Positions 17,000-25,986 of a stretch of 42,170 nt of DNA are shown here, piece by piece. Origin of the DNA: a virus. The stretch spans positions 1-42,170 of IMG/VR virus record IMGVR_UViG_3300045988_150219. One strand, 5' to 3'. Positions within the stretch are counted from its first letter, which is position 1. Each line of letters begins with the position of its first letter. A program made the translations under genes and the position numbers. The notes below the pieces were generated by a model. The model made no database searches. It saw only the letters and a list, made by a program, of their open reading frames with translations, and had not been told where the DNA came from.

Positions 17000-17348
17000 T
17001 TTTGATTTCTCCTTGTATTATTTCAACTATTTTGTTTTCATTCTTGGCAAACGTTTTGCGCAGGAATGGTTTGCCCTTGCTGCTGTATTCCAACAAGTTG
17101 ACAATTGGGATATTCTTGGGAGTCAGGGACAAATTGTACAAGTATCGAACATTCTTGTATTTCGTGGTACGAACCCACATTGATTTGGTTTTGCCAGTCT
17201 TAACAGGAGTTGCCTGTTCAAACTGATCAAGCATGTAATCCGCTGCAATGTCCAAACCTTTCTCTTTGGCAGCATATACGGATTCTGACACCTCTTCAAG
17301 AATGTCCTTCAACTCACCTGAAAGCCCAGCCAAATCTGTTGTAGCCAT
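16992..17348 (-). CDS. HK97 gp10-like head-tail joining or tail component
   Basis: ATG 17348 follows the previous stop. It carries the motif ATPVKTGKTKSMW, typical of the HK97 gp10 family. Confidence 0.5.
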   Translation of the reverse strand: MATTDLAGLSGELKDILEEVSESVYAAKEKGLDIAADYMLDQFEQATPVKTGKTKSMWVRTTKYKNVRYLYNLSLTPKNIPIVNLLEYSSKGKPFLRKTFAKNENKIVEIIQGEIKNA

Positions 17349-17349
17349 T

Positions 17350-17721
17350 CTAACCTCCCCAGAGTTCAAATGAGAATGTTGTCTCAATACAATCTGCGTC
17401 TTCATCGTACGGCAATTGTACCATCTCATAGCATATGTTGTTCTCTTCAAGAATCAACTTGACTGCTTCTGAAAGATAACCAGCATTCTCATTGTTACCA
17501 TTGCCTGCCTCATGGCAAATCACATCACAGGTGCTTTTCCGGAAGAATCCGAATCCGTCCCCATAGAATCCGTTGTTGACAACATCAGAACGATACACAA
17601 TGTAATCAGACGGCATGCTGTTCAAATCAGATTTGACTGAGTTAAGATACAGCACTTCATCGTACTTATCATTGAGCGGTTTCAGTATGTTGTACAATTT
17701 CAAATCGAACTCTTTGGACAT
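17350..17721 (-). CDS. Head-tail joining or tail-completion protein (by position)
   Basis: 123-aa ORF in the connector block. No diagnostic motif. Confidence 0.35.
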   Translation of the reverse strand: MSKEFDLKLYNILKPLNDKYDEVLYLNSVKSDLNSMPSDYIVYRSDVVNNGFYGDGFGFFRKSTCDVICHEAGNGNNENAGYLSEAVKLILEENNICYEMVQLPYDEDADCIETTFSFELWGG

Positions 17722-18062
17722 TATTTCCCACCTGTTAACAGTTTTGTGATTGTGGAACTCACATCAGTCTTGCAGACCAACTTAACATATGCCAGAGTGT
17801 GACCTTTGGCAGGTCGTACGACTTCATATGGTTGTGTTCCTTTGACAATGTATTTCTCTTGTGTATAATGAACTTTGGGAATCTCGAATACGGCTGCCAA
17901 TTTGATGTTGCTTCCTGCCGCAGAATAGTATTCCTCTTGGCCAACATCTTGTTCATCGGCATACACATCCTGTTGTTTGACAATCTTGGTTTCACGTTTG
18001 CCTGTGGCAGGATTCGTGACAGTGTCAATGTCAACAAGTGTTATTCGGGTATTGTATCCCAT
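17721..18062 (-). CDS. Head closure protein (SPP1 gp16-like)
   Basis: ATG 18062 has a GGAGGG SD. Its size, position and the sequence ITLVDIDTVTNPATGKRETKIVKQQDVYADEQDVGQEEY fit head-closure proteins. Confidence 0.5.
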   Translation of the reverse strand: MGYNTRITLVDIDTVTNPATGKRETKIVKQQDVYADEQDVGQEEYYSAAGSNIKLAAVFEIPKVHYTQEKYIVKGTQPYEVVRPAKGHTLAYVKLVCKTDVSSTITKLLTGGK

Positions 18063-18063
18063 T

Positions 18064-18381
18064 TCATTTTCCCTCCGAGATATAGAGTTGATTGGTACAC
18101 AGAGTGGCTTTGATGGACGCATAGGACTTTTCGTACTTCTCACTGTCGGAATTGTATAATCCGAACTTGGCCAAACAATATGTTCCTATGGCCATGAGTA
18201 TTTGAGAATCCACAGTCGCCAGCGTCAGGCTGTCAGCAAAATACTTGGGCAGCACCCCAGCAACTTTCAGATTCTGAGCAGAAGCATCGATGTAATCCAT
18301 GATTTCATCGTCGAATTCCGTGCTTGTCTCACGCAATCTTAACTTGATGCGTGGAAGTAGATTCTGAGCAAATTGAGACAT
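18064..18381 (-). CDS. gp6-like head-tail connector protein
   Basis: IKLRLRETSTEFDDEIMDYIDASAQNL matches the hLRhd..d.D.ei..hi.aA pattern of connector proteins. It lies after the capsid gene. Confidence 0.6.
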   Translation of the reverse strand: MSQFAQNLLPRIKLRLRETSTEFDDEIMDYIDASAQNLKVAGVLPKYFADSLTLATVDSQILMAIGTYCLAKFGLYNSDSEKYEKSYASIKATLCTNQLYISEGK

Positions 18382-18395
18382 GCTGCCCTCCTATG

Positions 18396-18746
18396 TTATG
18401 CTTGTGCTGCTGTAAGCGTGATAGCGACAGTCTTCTTTCCGGAAGTCTTGTCAGCGGAAGTTATCTCAATTGAGCCACTTCCATCTGTGTATCCTGCCGC
18501 AGTTGCCGTGTAGGTGTATGTGCCTACATCCATGTAATACTTGCCATCTTCTGCTTTGGGTATGACAGAGCCACTGCCATTCTTAATCGTAACATTTGCA
18601 GACGTGGGAGTGAGCGTCAGCGTTACAGCAACTCTGTATTGGTCATTGTAATGCCTTAATACGTCTTCAACTCCGTTGTATGCGCTGGCTTTGGCTTTGT
18701 TCGAGAGATTATGCAAGAGTTCGTTCAATTCTGTTGCCAAACTCAT
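18396..18746 (-). CDS. Capsid-associated protein with an Ig-like beta-sandwich C-terminus
   Basis: T/S/G-rich beta-strand repeats (VTLTLTPTSANVTIKNGSG...YTYTATAAGYTDGSGSIEITSA). It lies directly downstream of the major capsid gene. Confidence 0.4.
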   Translation of the reverse strand: MSLATELNELLHNLSNKAKASAYNGVEDVLRHYNDQYRVAVTLTLTPTSANVTIKNGSGSVIPKAEDGKYYMDVGTYTYTATAAGYTDGSGSIEITSADKTSGKKTVAITLTAAQA

Positions 18747-18760
18747 ATCGCCAATCCTCC

Positions 18761-20014
18761 TTAACCTTTCTTGATGAGAAGAACGCCGTACGGGTCAATG
18801 AGTTTGCCGTCCGCAATGAGGATGACTTTGTTTTTGATTTCGTTGGTATCGTTATCAACCCAACGAGCAGAAGTCATCTGCATGTTGCTGTTCCAACCAT
18901 AGTTGCTCAAATCTGCGAATACCGCAAAAACTGCGCCCACGTCAGCGTTGTCATAGTTGGGGAGAATGTCGTCTTCAACGGTCTCGACAGTTTTTCCGCC
19001 GAATCTGTAAACTTCTGCGCCGTCAATGCCGTAATTGACACGACCAATGGGCTGCTGAACATCGTCAACCATGCCGTCGATGTAACCATCGAATGTGCCC
19101 TGTGCCATGAAGAATTCACCATTGCGGTATGATTTCTTCATTGCGCCGAAAACCTTCTTTTTCCATGCCGTCCACGATTTGATGTCCGCTGCCGCAAGCG
19201 TGATAGTGTTCTTTGCGGGAACACGACTGTCTTTGGTGATGCCGAGCGGTTGGCCAGAGCCACTGCCGTTCATGATTGCTACATCGATTGCGTGCGCCAT
19301 TGCTTCAACTGCAAGGGAAGTAAACAACTGCTGGAACATTTCCAACGTGGTGACTTCCGTAAGGAGAGTCTGAGCAACTTTACATTCAAGTCCGTAATAA
19401 CTGAACGTGATTTTGGTGTTTGCTTGGATTTTCTGCAGGTCGGATTCAGACGTGCCAGTGTCCGCCGTAATCCAAGTTGCGACAGGTTTGAGGGTGAGAA
19501 TAGGAATCTGAACACCGCCTTGGATGTTGAGTTTACGCACCTTGGCGTACAGACTGCCGTATTCGGACATTTCTCTGATGATTTCGTTGAGAATGGTAGT
19601 CGGGATAACCGCACTTGCGTCGGAAGTTTTGGTGATTGCATTCGCACGGAATTTGGTAGGGATTTGAGTGCCATGCTGGCAATATTCCATGAATGCTTCC
19701 CTGTACTCAACCGAATCATACACGTCAACCGATTTGCGTGCTTTGGGCGATTCTGTGGGTTGGGCAGTGATTACACTGCGAGTGCTCTGAGAAGATTCCT
19801 CTTCAGGCTCTTCCAAATCGTCGCTGTTGGTAAGGATGCTTCTTTGCGCTTTTGCTTCCATCTCAATCTTCTTATTGAGTGAACGGATTTGCTCTTCCGT
19901 GCTGTTGATGTCTGCTTCAAGAGCGTCAAGTTCTTCATCCTTGCATGTTGCCAACTTGTTGCGGAGTTCTTTCAGTTTCTCGACTGCTTCCGCTCTGAGT
20001 TTTTTGAGATTCAT
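18761..20014 (-). CDS. Major capsid protein, HK97 fold, with an N-terminal scaffold-like coiled coil
   Basis: 417 aa directly after the prohead protease. The N-terminal ~100 aa are coiled coil (KLRAEAVEKLKELRNKL...). No separate scaffold gene is present. Confidence 0.9.
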   Translation of the reverse strand: MNLKKLRAEAVEKLKELRNKLATCKDEELDALEADINSTEEQIRSLNKKIEMEAKAQRSILTNSDDLEEPEEESSQSTRSVITAQPTESPKARKSVDVYDSVEYREAFMEYCQHGTQIPTKFRANAITKTSDASAVIPTTILNEIIREMSEYGSLYAKVRKLNIQGGVQIPILTLKPVATWITADTGTSESDLQKIQANTKITFSYYGLECKVAQTLLTEVTTLEMFQQLFTSLAVEAMAHAIDVAIMNGSGSGQPLGITKDSRVPAKNTITLAAADIKSWTAWKKKVFGAMKKSYRNGEFFMAQGTFDGYIDGMVDDVQQPIGRVNYGIDGAEVYRFGGKTVETVEDDILPNYDNADVGAVFAVFADLSNYGWNSNMQMTSARWVDNDTNEIKNKVILIADGKLIDPYGVLLIKKG

Positions 20015-20658
20015 AAAGTTTGTTCCTCCAAAAAAATTTTTGTTTGTAACGACAATCTCTGCCGTCTGTATTTGACTCGTTTTGCACTATCCAGTGCTTG
20101 TTCTGCTCTCTTCTCCAAGTCGGCAAAACTCCGAGCGTATATCTCTGTGTCATCATATGCGGGAATGTCCACCGCACTGATGTCCCAAATCCTTTTGAAT
20201 TTGGTTATGCGTGAACGCACATAGGTGTCCGCATATTCTTCAATAACCCCATCCGAATCCGTGGTGAATGCGAATGACATCTTGTCGATGAGTCCTTCTT
20301 GAATCATCTTGAACAAATCTCGTCCTGTCTGGGTGTCAATGAATCGTGCTTGAAATTTGAGCCCAATATCATCAACATTCAATTGAAGACTCTTGTTACG
20401 AGTTCTTGCAACAATGAATACAGAATCGTCGTGATTGTATTTCATCGGGACATCTGTCATGTCTGCGTTATCCGCAGCCCCACGCTCTATGATTTCATAG
20501 AATTTCATTCCGCTGCGGGATTCATACAACAAAGTCTCCTTGTTGAATTTGAAGGCATAACCCTCTACAATCATGTCTTCAACTTCTGTGCCGTCTTCAG
20601 CCTTTCGTTTCAGAATCTGTGACTTCACTGGAAGTGTCATTCTCAGTGTTTTTTCCAC
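20011..20658 (-). CDS. Prohead protease (HK97 family)
   Basis: Lies between the portal and capsid genes. Carries VEGYAFKFNKETL, similar to protease N-termini. The likely start is GTG 20658 (GGAGG 8 nt upstream) or ATG 20640; the track ORF extends to 20793 inside the portal gene. Confidence 0.7.
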   Translation of the reverse strand: MEKTLRMTLPVKSQILKRKAEDGTEVEDMIVEGYAFKFNKETLLYESRSGMKFYEIIERGAADNADMTDVPMKYNHDDSVFIVARTRNKSLQLNVDDIGLKFQARFIDTQTGRDLFKMIQEGLIDKMSFAFTTDSDGVIEEYADTYVRSRITKFKRIWDISAVDIPAYDDTEIYARSFADLEKRAEQALDSAKRVKYRRQRLSLQTKIFLEEQTL

Positions 20659-21823
20659 TTGTCTTTCCTCCGTTCCCTGTGGTGTTTTCCACAAAGTTTT
20701 TACTGTATTGATATATGTCGCCACCTTCAATGGGGGTGTCCCCAAACCACTGGCGAATCTCATTGCGGTTATACAACGCTCCATCCAGAGCAAGTTTTAC
20801 CATTGCAATCTTATTGTTGGGACTCATGAATGTCATCTGATTCACACTTGATGCGATTCGATTCCCATAATCCAACTCTGTATCCGTGAATAACTTGATG
20901 TTGTAGTTTTGCTCCATATCGTTAAGCATAGGAGCCACCATGCCATCATGGAATGCTTGCCAAGTATCAGAATTGTATTGGGATAACATTATGTCATTAT
21001 TCATACCAAAATAACGATACACATAATCCCGAACTTCTTTCATTTGTTCAGCATCCGTTATCTTTCCGGAGTATTGAATGGGAATGAAGTCGAACTTGTT
21101 ATCAATCATGCCAATTCCACCAGAATTGCTTGCACGCAAATAACTCTCTCGGAACAACTTTTCTTGCTTGGCCAAATCATCAGGGTCAATGGTATTGGCA
21201 TGTTTCAAAATACCCTTGATTTGTGCTCCGTTTTTAAGACTCGCATCCAACGATATGTTCATTGTATTCTGGAGTCCCACATCTGTCTTCAATGGAGCAT
21301 TGGTCTCACCGAATACGTCATTGCGATAATAGAACCTGCGAATGTGAACAACATCAGAATATGGTACAACTATATGTTGCCCATCTTCAAATGTGAACTT
21401 ATAAAACAAGAACCCAGCGATTTCACGACATTCTGTTTCACTGGATATAACAGGCAACAAGGCAATGGGATTCCCTCTGTCATCTCGTTGTATCCATTGA
21501 TATGCGTTGTTGTGGATGAGCAAGTCAGTCATGAACTTGTACTGAATTTGACTCGGGGTCATGAAGGAGTTCGGCTTGATTGTCAAGAGTTTGTTGATTC
21601 TATCGTTGACTTTGGCAAAATCCTTTCCTTCACCTCTCACGTGCTCAAATCGAACCATTGACACATATGTAGCAATTTTATCTACAATTGAACGCACAAG
21701 GGAGTTGGCGTACAAATCCTCTCCCCAAGGCATGATTTCACTTGGTTGTCCGTTCAAGAACCGAGCCTGTGTTGTAGGCTTGTCAGATGGTTTTATTTTG
21801 AACAGTTTGCTGAAAAATCCCAT
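20597..21823 (-). CDS. Portal protein (HK97 family)
   Basis: 408 aa directly after the large terminase, with typical size and position. Confidence 0.85.
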   Translation of the reverse strand: MGFFSKLFKIKPSDKPTTQARFLNGQPSEIMPWGEDLYANSLVRSIVDKIATYVSMVRFEHVRGEGKDFAKVNDRINKLLTIKPNSFMTPSQIQYKFMTDLLIHNNAYQWIQRDDRGNPIALLPVISSETECREIAGFLFYKFTFEDGQHIVVPYSDVVHIRRFYYRNDVFGETNAPLKTDVGLQNTMNISLDASLKNGAQIKGILKHANTIDPDDLAKQEKLFRESYLRASNSGGIGMIDNKFDFIPIQYSGKITDAEQMKEVRDYVYRYFGMNNDIMLSQYNSDTWQAFHDGMVAPMLNDMEQNYNIKLFTDTELDYGNRIASSVNQMTFMSPNNKIAMVKLALDGALYNRNEIRQWFGDTPIEGGDIYQYSKNFVENTTGNGGKTSGKNTENDTSSEVTDSETKG

Positions 21824-21851
21824 GGAATTCCCTCCATATTTTATTATACTG

Positions 21852-23516
21852 TTATTCCCCCAGATTTTTTCTCTTCAGAATTCCTTTGTAGTTTTCCCAT
21901 TGGCGATACATAACAGTTTTGGCGTTAAGTGTTGCCAGAGTTCCGTCGATTCGTTGACGGGAATTCTTTTTGTCTGGTCGCCAGTTATCGTTTGCGTCCT
22001 TAACAATTGCTGTGTTACAGAAACACCAACGAGTCATTGGGTTGTTGTTGTAATTGTATCGTTTGGCGCATATATCAGCCCCAACATCTTTCATTGGCGT
22101 GCTCAGAGTATAACCGCCTTGGGCAACTGCTTCACCACCAGTGAATCCGTGGTTAATCATGTCTGTCTGCCAATAATCCGTCAAGGCTCTGTCATAGCCG
22201 AACCATATGGTGTGGATTCTATATTCCTTTTCCATTTTAACGAACCATTGGGTGATGTCTTCATACTTGACTTGGTCAGAATCACACAATGTTAACCAAC
22301 CTTGTTCAGCCCATACATCATATGGAATCTTGTCTTCCTTGATTTTCCTTTCAAGCCCGATTCGTGGCAAGAAGTATTGGGCAATCTCGTATGTGCATGG
22401 GTCATCCTTGGTCTGGAGCAGAATCTTGGCAGCAGATAAGTCCCCTCTGTTGGACAAGTCAACTCCCCCAACGCCATAATGCCCTGCGAACCACTTCAAG
22501 TCATATGTTGCGCTGTTCATTACATCTTCAACGGACAACCAACTCTCTGCGGTGTTCTCTCTTATGTTGAAGTCCTTGGTTAATACTGTGGATTTGTACT
22601 TCTTTTCATTTGTGGCTCTGGTGACTTCCTTCCGGAGCCAATCCACGGATTTTGTGATTCCCAAACTCGGATTGGCTTTTATCCAGCAGGACTCGTCTGT
22701 CCACTCTTCTCGGGAGTCAAGTTCATACACGAATGCCAAGAACGATTCGTCTTGTACCACCCCATTGAGCACGTCTTCTGCGTAAAAATACATGTCATCA
22801 TAGATATTCTCACGCACGAATCCTGCTGTGGTTATTGACCACATAATTGGCTGACGACGTGCGGATTGGGATTGCTTAACTACATCATACAGGTTGCGGT
22901 CTTTCAGAGCATGTAACTCGTCAACGATTCCCATGTGAGCGTTGAGTCCGTCCAATGAACCAGAATCTGATGCCAAGGGAGTGAATGTGCCAAAATTGGG
23001 GTAGTAATATATACAGTTGTTCTTCTTGTCCAACTCGTTCTGGAGCGCAGGACTCTGTTTACGCATGTTATCGAATGCTGTGAACAGAATCTTGGCTTGG
23101 TCAAGTTTGGTGGCAAGATTCCTGATTTGTGGACCGCCTTCCCCATCCCCTATCAACATGAATCCTGCTTCCCCAGCAACCCATGTTGTTTTGCCGTTTT
23201 TTCGTCCGACGATGACAAGGACTTCCTTGTGCTTGCGATAACCTGTGTTCTTGTCAACGAATCCGAACACTGCTTGGTGTATGGCTTTCTGCCACAACAA
23301 GAGTTCTATCTTCTGGCCAATCCATTCTCCCTCAAACTGCCGACAATAACCTTCAATGAACTCAATCCCAATATTGGCCAAATCTTCATCGAACACCCAT
23401 GGGTCTTTGGGGTGCTCCATAAGGTCAATCAGGATTTCCATCTGTTTATGTATCTTGCGACAGACTTTGATTTTTCCGGAATTTATGTATTCCCAGTATT
23501 GCTTGATGTAGTTCAT
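21852..23516 (-). CDS. terL: Terminase large subunit
   Basis: Walker A VGRKNGKTT, Walker B GIVDELH and a C-terminal nuclease region. 554 aa. Confidence 0.95.
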   Translation of the reverse strand: MNYIKQYWEYINSGKIKVCRKIHKQMEILIDLMEHPKDPWVFDEDLANIGIEFIEGYCRQFEGEWIGQKIELLLWQKAIHQAVFGFVDKNTGYRKHKEVLVIVGRKNGKTTWVAGEAGFMLIGDGEGGPQIRNLATKLDQAKILFTAFDNMRKQSPALQNELDKKNNCIYYYPNFGTFTPLASDSGSLDGLNAHMGIVDELHALKDRNLYDVVKQSQSARRQPIMWSITTAGFVRENIYDDMYFYAEDVLNGVVQDESFLAFVYELDSREEWTDESCWIKANPSLGITKSVDWLRKEVTRATNEKKYKSTVLTKDFNIRENTAESWLSVEDVMNSATYDLKWFAGHYGVGGVDLSNRGDLSAAKILLQTKDDPCTYEIAQYFLPRIGLERKIKEDKIPYDVWAEQGWLTLCDSDQVKYEDITQWFVKMEKEYRIHTIWFGYDRALTDYWQTDMINHGFTGGEAVAQGGYTLSTPMKDVGADICAKRYNYNNNPMTRWCFCNTAIVKDANDNWRPDKKNSRQRIDGTLATLNAKTVMYRQWENYKGILKRKNLGE

Positions 23517-24016
23517 TTTCTGTATTTGTTGCGTGCTTCTGCGCCTTTGGTCATGAGTGCTTCAAGAGCAGATGTTTCTTTGTCTTTCTTCCCGATAGAT
23601 GTTCCTTTGGGGTTGGCAAGTTTGTTAAGTTCCTTGAGAACTGCCATGTATTGTTGTACATAACGCAGATGTAACTTGGCCATGGGGCTTTCACGCTCAT
23701 ACACTGTTGCGCCTTGTATAAACATCTCTGAAACAGAATCCCGTTGAACTCTCCTTTCAATTGATGCAATTTCCGCCTTCAAAAATGCAGCACGCTCCAG
23801 AATATTATTCACGAGCAACATGTTATTGTTCCCGCAGCGTTCAGCGGTGTATATCTTTCGCAACTTTTTCAGTTCATTTTTGCGCTCTTTTTCTTTCAAT
23901 TCCGATTCCTGAGCGTTCTCAAGTTCTTTTCGGGCTTTGAGCGATTCTGCTTCTGCTCGGAGTGCCTGATATTCTTCACTTGCATAATATGCAACTTGCG
24001 TCTTTTCGTTAGCCAT
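23513..24016 (-). CDS. Terminase small subunit candidate
   Basis: 167-aa charged coiled-coil protein overlapping terL by 4 nt, with the HNH gene and phased repeats just upstream. Confidence 0.5.
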   Translation of the reverse strand: MANEKTQVAYYASEEYQALRAEAESLKARKELENAQESELKEKERKNELKKLRKIYTAERCGNNNMLLVNNILERAAFLKAEIASIERRVQRDSVSEMFIQGATVYERESPMAKLHLRYVQQYMAVLKELNKLANPKGTSIGKKDKETSALEALMTKGAEARNKYRK

Positions 24017-24051
24017 GTATGCTATCCCTCCAGAAATAAAAATAAATGGGC

Positions 24052-24108
24052 ATAATTGCCGATAAATGGCTATAACTGCCGATAAAAGGCGATATGTGCC
24101 AAAAATTC
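24052..24108. repeat. Three 20-bp-phased direct repeats between the HNH and terS genes; candidate cos or terminase-binding site
   Basis: ATAATTGCCGATAAATGGC (24052-24070), ATAACTGCCGATAAAAGGC (24072-24090) and a degenerate ATATGTGCCAAAAATTC (24092-24108). Confidence 0.6.
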
Positions 24109-24111
24109 TTC

Positions 24112-24483
24112 CTATTTTTTCGTACCTATCCCCCTGCGGTTAATCGCAGACAAAAATTTTTGTTCCCCAGGGGGGGTTGCTTTGATTTCTCCTGTGCTCG
24201 CATCCACGTAAAATCCGTCTGCTATGTTCTGACACCCATGGTTCATTCGATTATGAATGATGTTATGACACGTGGGACATACAGCCATGAGATTCTCCTC
24301 CCCGAATGCCTTCTTGGGGTTGTTGTAATAGTCATCGCCTTGTAACTCTTCAATGTGATGAACTGTGTTAGCAGGTCTCCCGCATATCTCGCACAGATAA
24401 TGCTTGCTGGCAAGATACGCTTGACGACATTGTTTCCACTTGGATGAAGTATAGAATGGGTGTACCTTCTTTTCGTATTTCAT
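24112..24483 (-). CDS. HNH endonuclease (terminase-associated)
   Basis: CEICGRP...VHHIEEL...CPTCHNIIHN is a typical HNH core. It lies next to the terminase genes. Confidence 0.85.
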   Translation of the reverse strand: MKYEKKVHPFYTSSKWKQCRQAYLASKHYLCEICGRPANTVHHIEELQGDDYYNNPKKAFGEENLMAVCPTCHNIIHNRMNHGCQNIADGFYVDASTGEIKATPPGEQKFLSAINRRGIGTKK

Positions 24484-25040
24484 TGTTCTTGCTCTCCAAT
24501 GATATCATACACTTGTTGTCTTAACTCCGGACTCCAATTGCATAATCCCATTTGGGATAACCGCACAATGTTACAATATGGAATCCCTTTGTACTCAAAT
24601 TCCTTGGTCTCTTGAATCGCCATATCCTTGGTGTATAAACTCACATCAGACTTCCAAGCAATCTCGTTGGGCTTTTTATAAACAAGATTCAAAGGGACTT
24701 TGCTTCCTTTTGCGCCTGTTAACCCCATGAGCCATGCACACAGGATTCGTGCTTCTGCTTCACTGTTCATAATGTAAATTATTGAATGGTCGAATCCTAC
24801 ATAATTGCCGTTGGGCTTTGTTTCGTTATAAACTTGGCGCAGTGTACCCCAACTCACTTTCCGGAGTTCGGTATTCTTGAATAGACAGTACACGATTATT
24901 TCTGGTCTGTCTGCGCTCTCTTCCAATTGTTTACGATACAAATAATATGCCATGGGTGGCGTAACCATACACAAATCACCGTTAAGGATTCGACCACACG
25001 CAGGACACACAATATTTTCATCGTTGCAAAATACACACAT
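24480..25040 (-). CDS. Hypothetical protein with an N-terminal zinc ribbon; first gene of the leftward arm
   Basis: CVFCNDENIVCPAC (CxxC-x6-CxxC). 186 aa. Overlaps the HNH gene by 4 nt. Confidence 0.6.
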   Translation of the reverse strand: MCVFCNDENIVCPACGRILNGDLCMVTPPMAYYLYRKQLEESADRPEIIVYCLFKNTELRKVSWGTLRQVYNETKPNGNYVGFDHSIIYIMNSEAEARILCAWLMGLTGAKGSKVPLNLVYKKPNEIAWKSDVSLYTKDMAIQETKEFEYKGIPYCNIVRLSQMGLCNWSPELRQQVYDIIGEQEQ

Positions 25041-25052
25041 GTTTACCTCTTT

Positions 25053-25089
25053 GATATTTTCAATGCCTCTTTCGATATTTTCAATGCCT
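25053..25089. repeat. Two exact 16-bp direct repeats GATATTTTCAATGCCT, 21 bp apart
   Basis: Copies at 25053-25068 and 25074-25089, immediately upstream of the leftward start at 25040. Confidence 0.9.
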
Positions 25090-25108
25090 TTTGGCTCTCT
25101 TCACCATT

Positions 25109-25459
25109 ATTATATAGATGTTCCCACAAAATTATACTGATGTTCCGCAAAAATTATATAGATTTCCCACCAAAATTATATACTTGTGGTCAAAAATTAT
25201 ATACTTCTGGGAAATTTGAAAAATTCCGTTTTACCGCTGAAACAAATCTATATAATTTTTCCCCATATCTATATAATAAATTTATACTTTTGGTCCTCGG
25301 GCGGGGTATATTATTATATAGAAGTGGCGTAAAATTATATAGATATCAATCGTCTATAAAACGGATTTTTTTCGATTTCCCACTTCTATATAATTTTTGC
25401 CCACAACTATATAATTTTGCCCAATCATCTATATAATTTTGCCCGAACATCTATATAAT
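25109..25459. repeat. Array of 13 phased copies of the ATTATATAG / CTATATAAT core; iteron- or operator-like
   Basis: Forward cores start at 25109, 25131 (variant), 25153, 25175, 25196, 25313 and 25334. Inverted cores start at 25248, 25269, 25386, 25407, 25429 and 25451. Spacing within blocks is 21-22 bp, and the flanks are conserved (AAAATTATATAGAT.TTCCC and CTATATAATTTTGCCC). Confidence 0.85.
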
Positions 25460-25513
25460 TGAAAATTTTTTCCAAAATCCCAAAAATTTTTTGAATTTTC
25501 TCCATAAAAATAC

Positions 25514-25542
25514 TTTACTTTTGGACGATTCGGGAATATAAT
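25514..25542 (+). promoter_or_regulatory. Conserved sigma-A-type promoter P1
   Basis: TTTACT (25514-25519), a 17-nt spacer, then TATAAT (25537-25542), inside the block AAAATACTTTACTTTT...GGAATATAATCA shared with P2 and P3. Confidence 0.7.
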
Positions 25543-25587
25543 CAATAGTGTAATAAATGAAAGGACGCAAGTCCGGAGGAGATAAAA

Positions 25588-25905
25588 ATGAAACAAAGTT
25601 TTTACAAGACAACCGATGAAACGATTCTTGCAGGTGTTGTTGACAGAATCTACAACGATGAAATTGGCGGAAGAGAAAATCATTATTACGATACCAATGA
25701 AATGCTTCCGATAACTGAAGAAGAACTCATCAATCGTGCTGTATGTGAGATTCTCAAATCCAAAACCGTGCTTTGGACGGAACGTGGATTCGGTATTGAG
25801 CCCAAACACGTCAGATTCATAGGCAAAGAAAGAGTGACTGAAATAGTCGAACACAGAATCAAATACCGCCATGAGAAAGAAGGCGGTTGGATTTGGGAAG
25901 AATAA
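25588..25905 (+). CDS. Early hypothetical protein (105 aa)
   Basis: SD GGAGGAGAT. First ORF after P1. Confidence 0.65.
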   Translation: MKQSFYKTTDETILAGVVDRIYNDEIGGRENHYYDTNEMLPITEEELINRAVCEILKSKTVLWTERGFGIEPKHVRFIGKERVTEIVEHRIKYRHEKEGGWIWEE

Positions 25906-25986
25906 ACAAAACGAATCCGAGCGGTGGCGGATAATCCACCGCAAATAACCCCACCAATAATATTGATAATATAAGGAGATAAAACT

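Noticed and set aside
19250-19882. Long plus-strand ORFs antisense to structural genes (19250-19882, 21044-21661, 21561-22295, 14276-14710, 23097-23663)
   Set aside because: They lie entirely inside well-supported minus-strand genes (capsid, portal, terminase, tape measure). They lack SD sites and have odd Cys/Phe/Leu/Ser/Val-rich compositions typical of antisense frames.
25109-25459. Possible CRISPR array, because of the regular repeats
   Set aside because: The repeat cores are only about 9-20 bp with a 21-22-bp period and occur in both orientations. There are no 30-40-bp unique spacers and no cas genes.
25921-25942. Hairpin GCGGTGG-N8-CCACCGC after the first early gene, as a terminator
   Set aside because: No T-run follows on either strand, and the next gene starts 45 nt downstream in the same direction. 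At most it is a weak attenuator or an RNA stability element.
25429-25944. 171-aa minus-strand ORF (and 25686-25997) spanning the promoter region and the first early gene
   Set aside because: It runs through the repeat array and promoter P1 and is antisense to an SD-preceded early gene. It is probably an artefact of AT-rich, stop-poor sequence.
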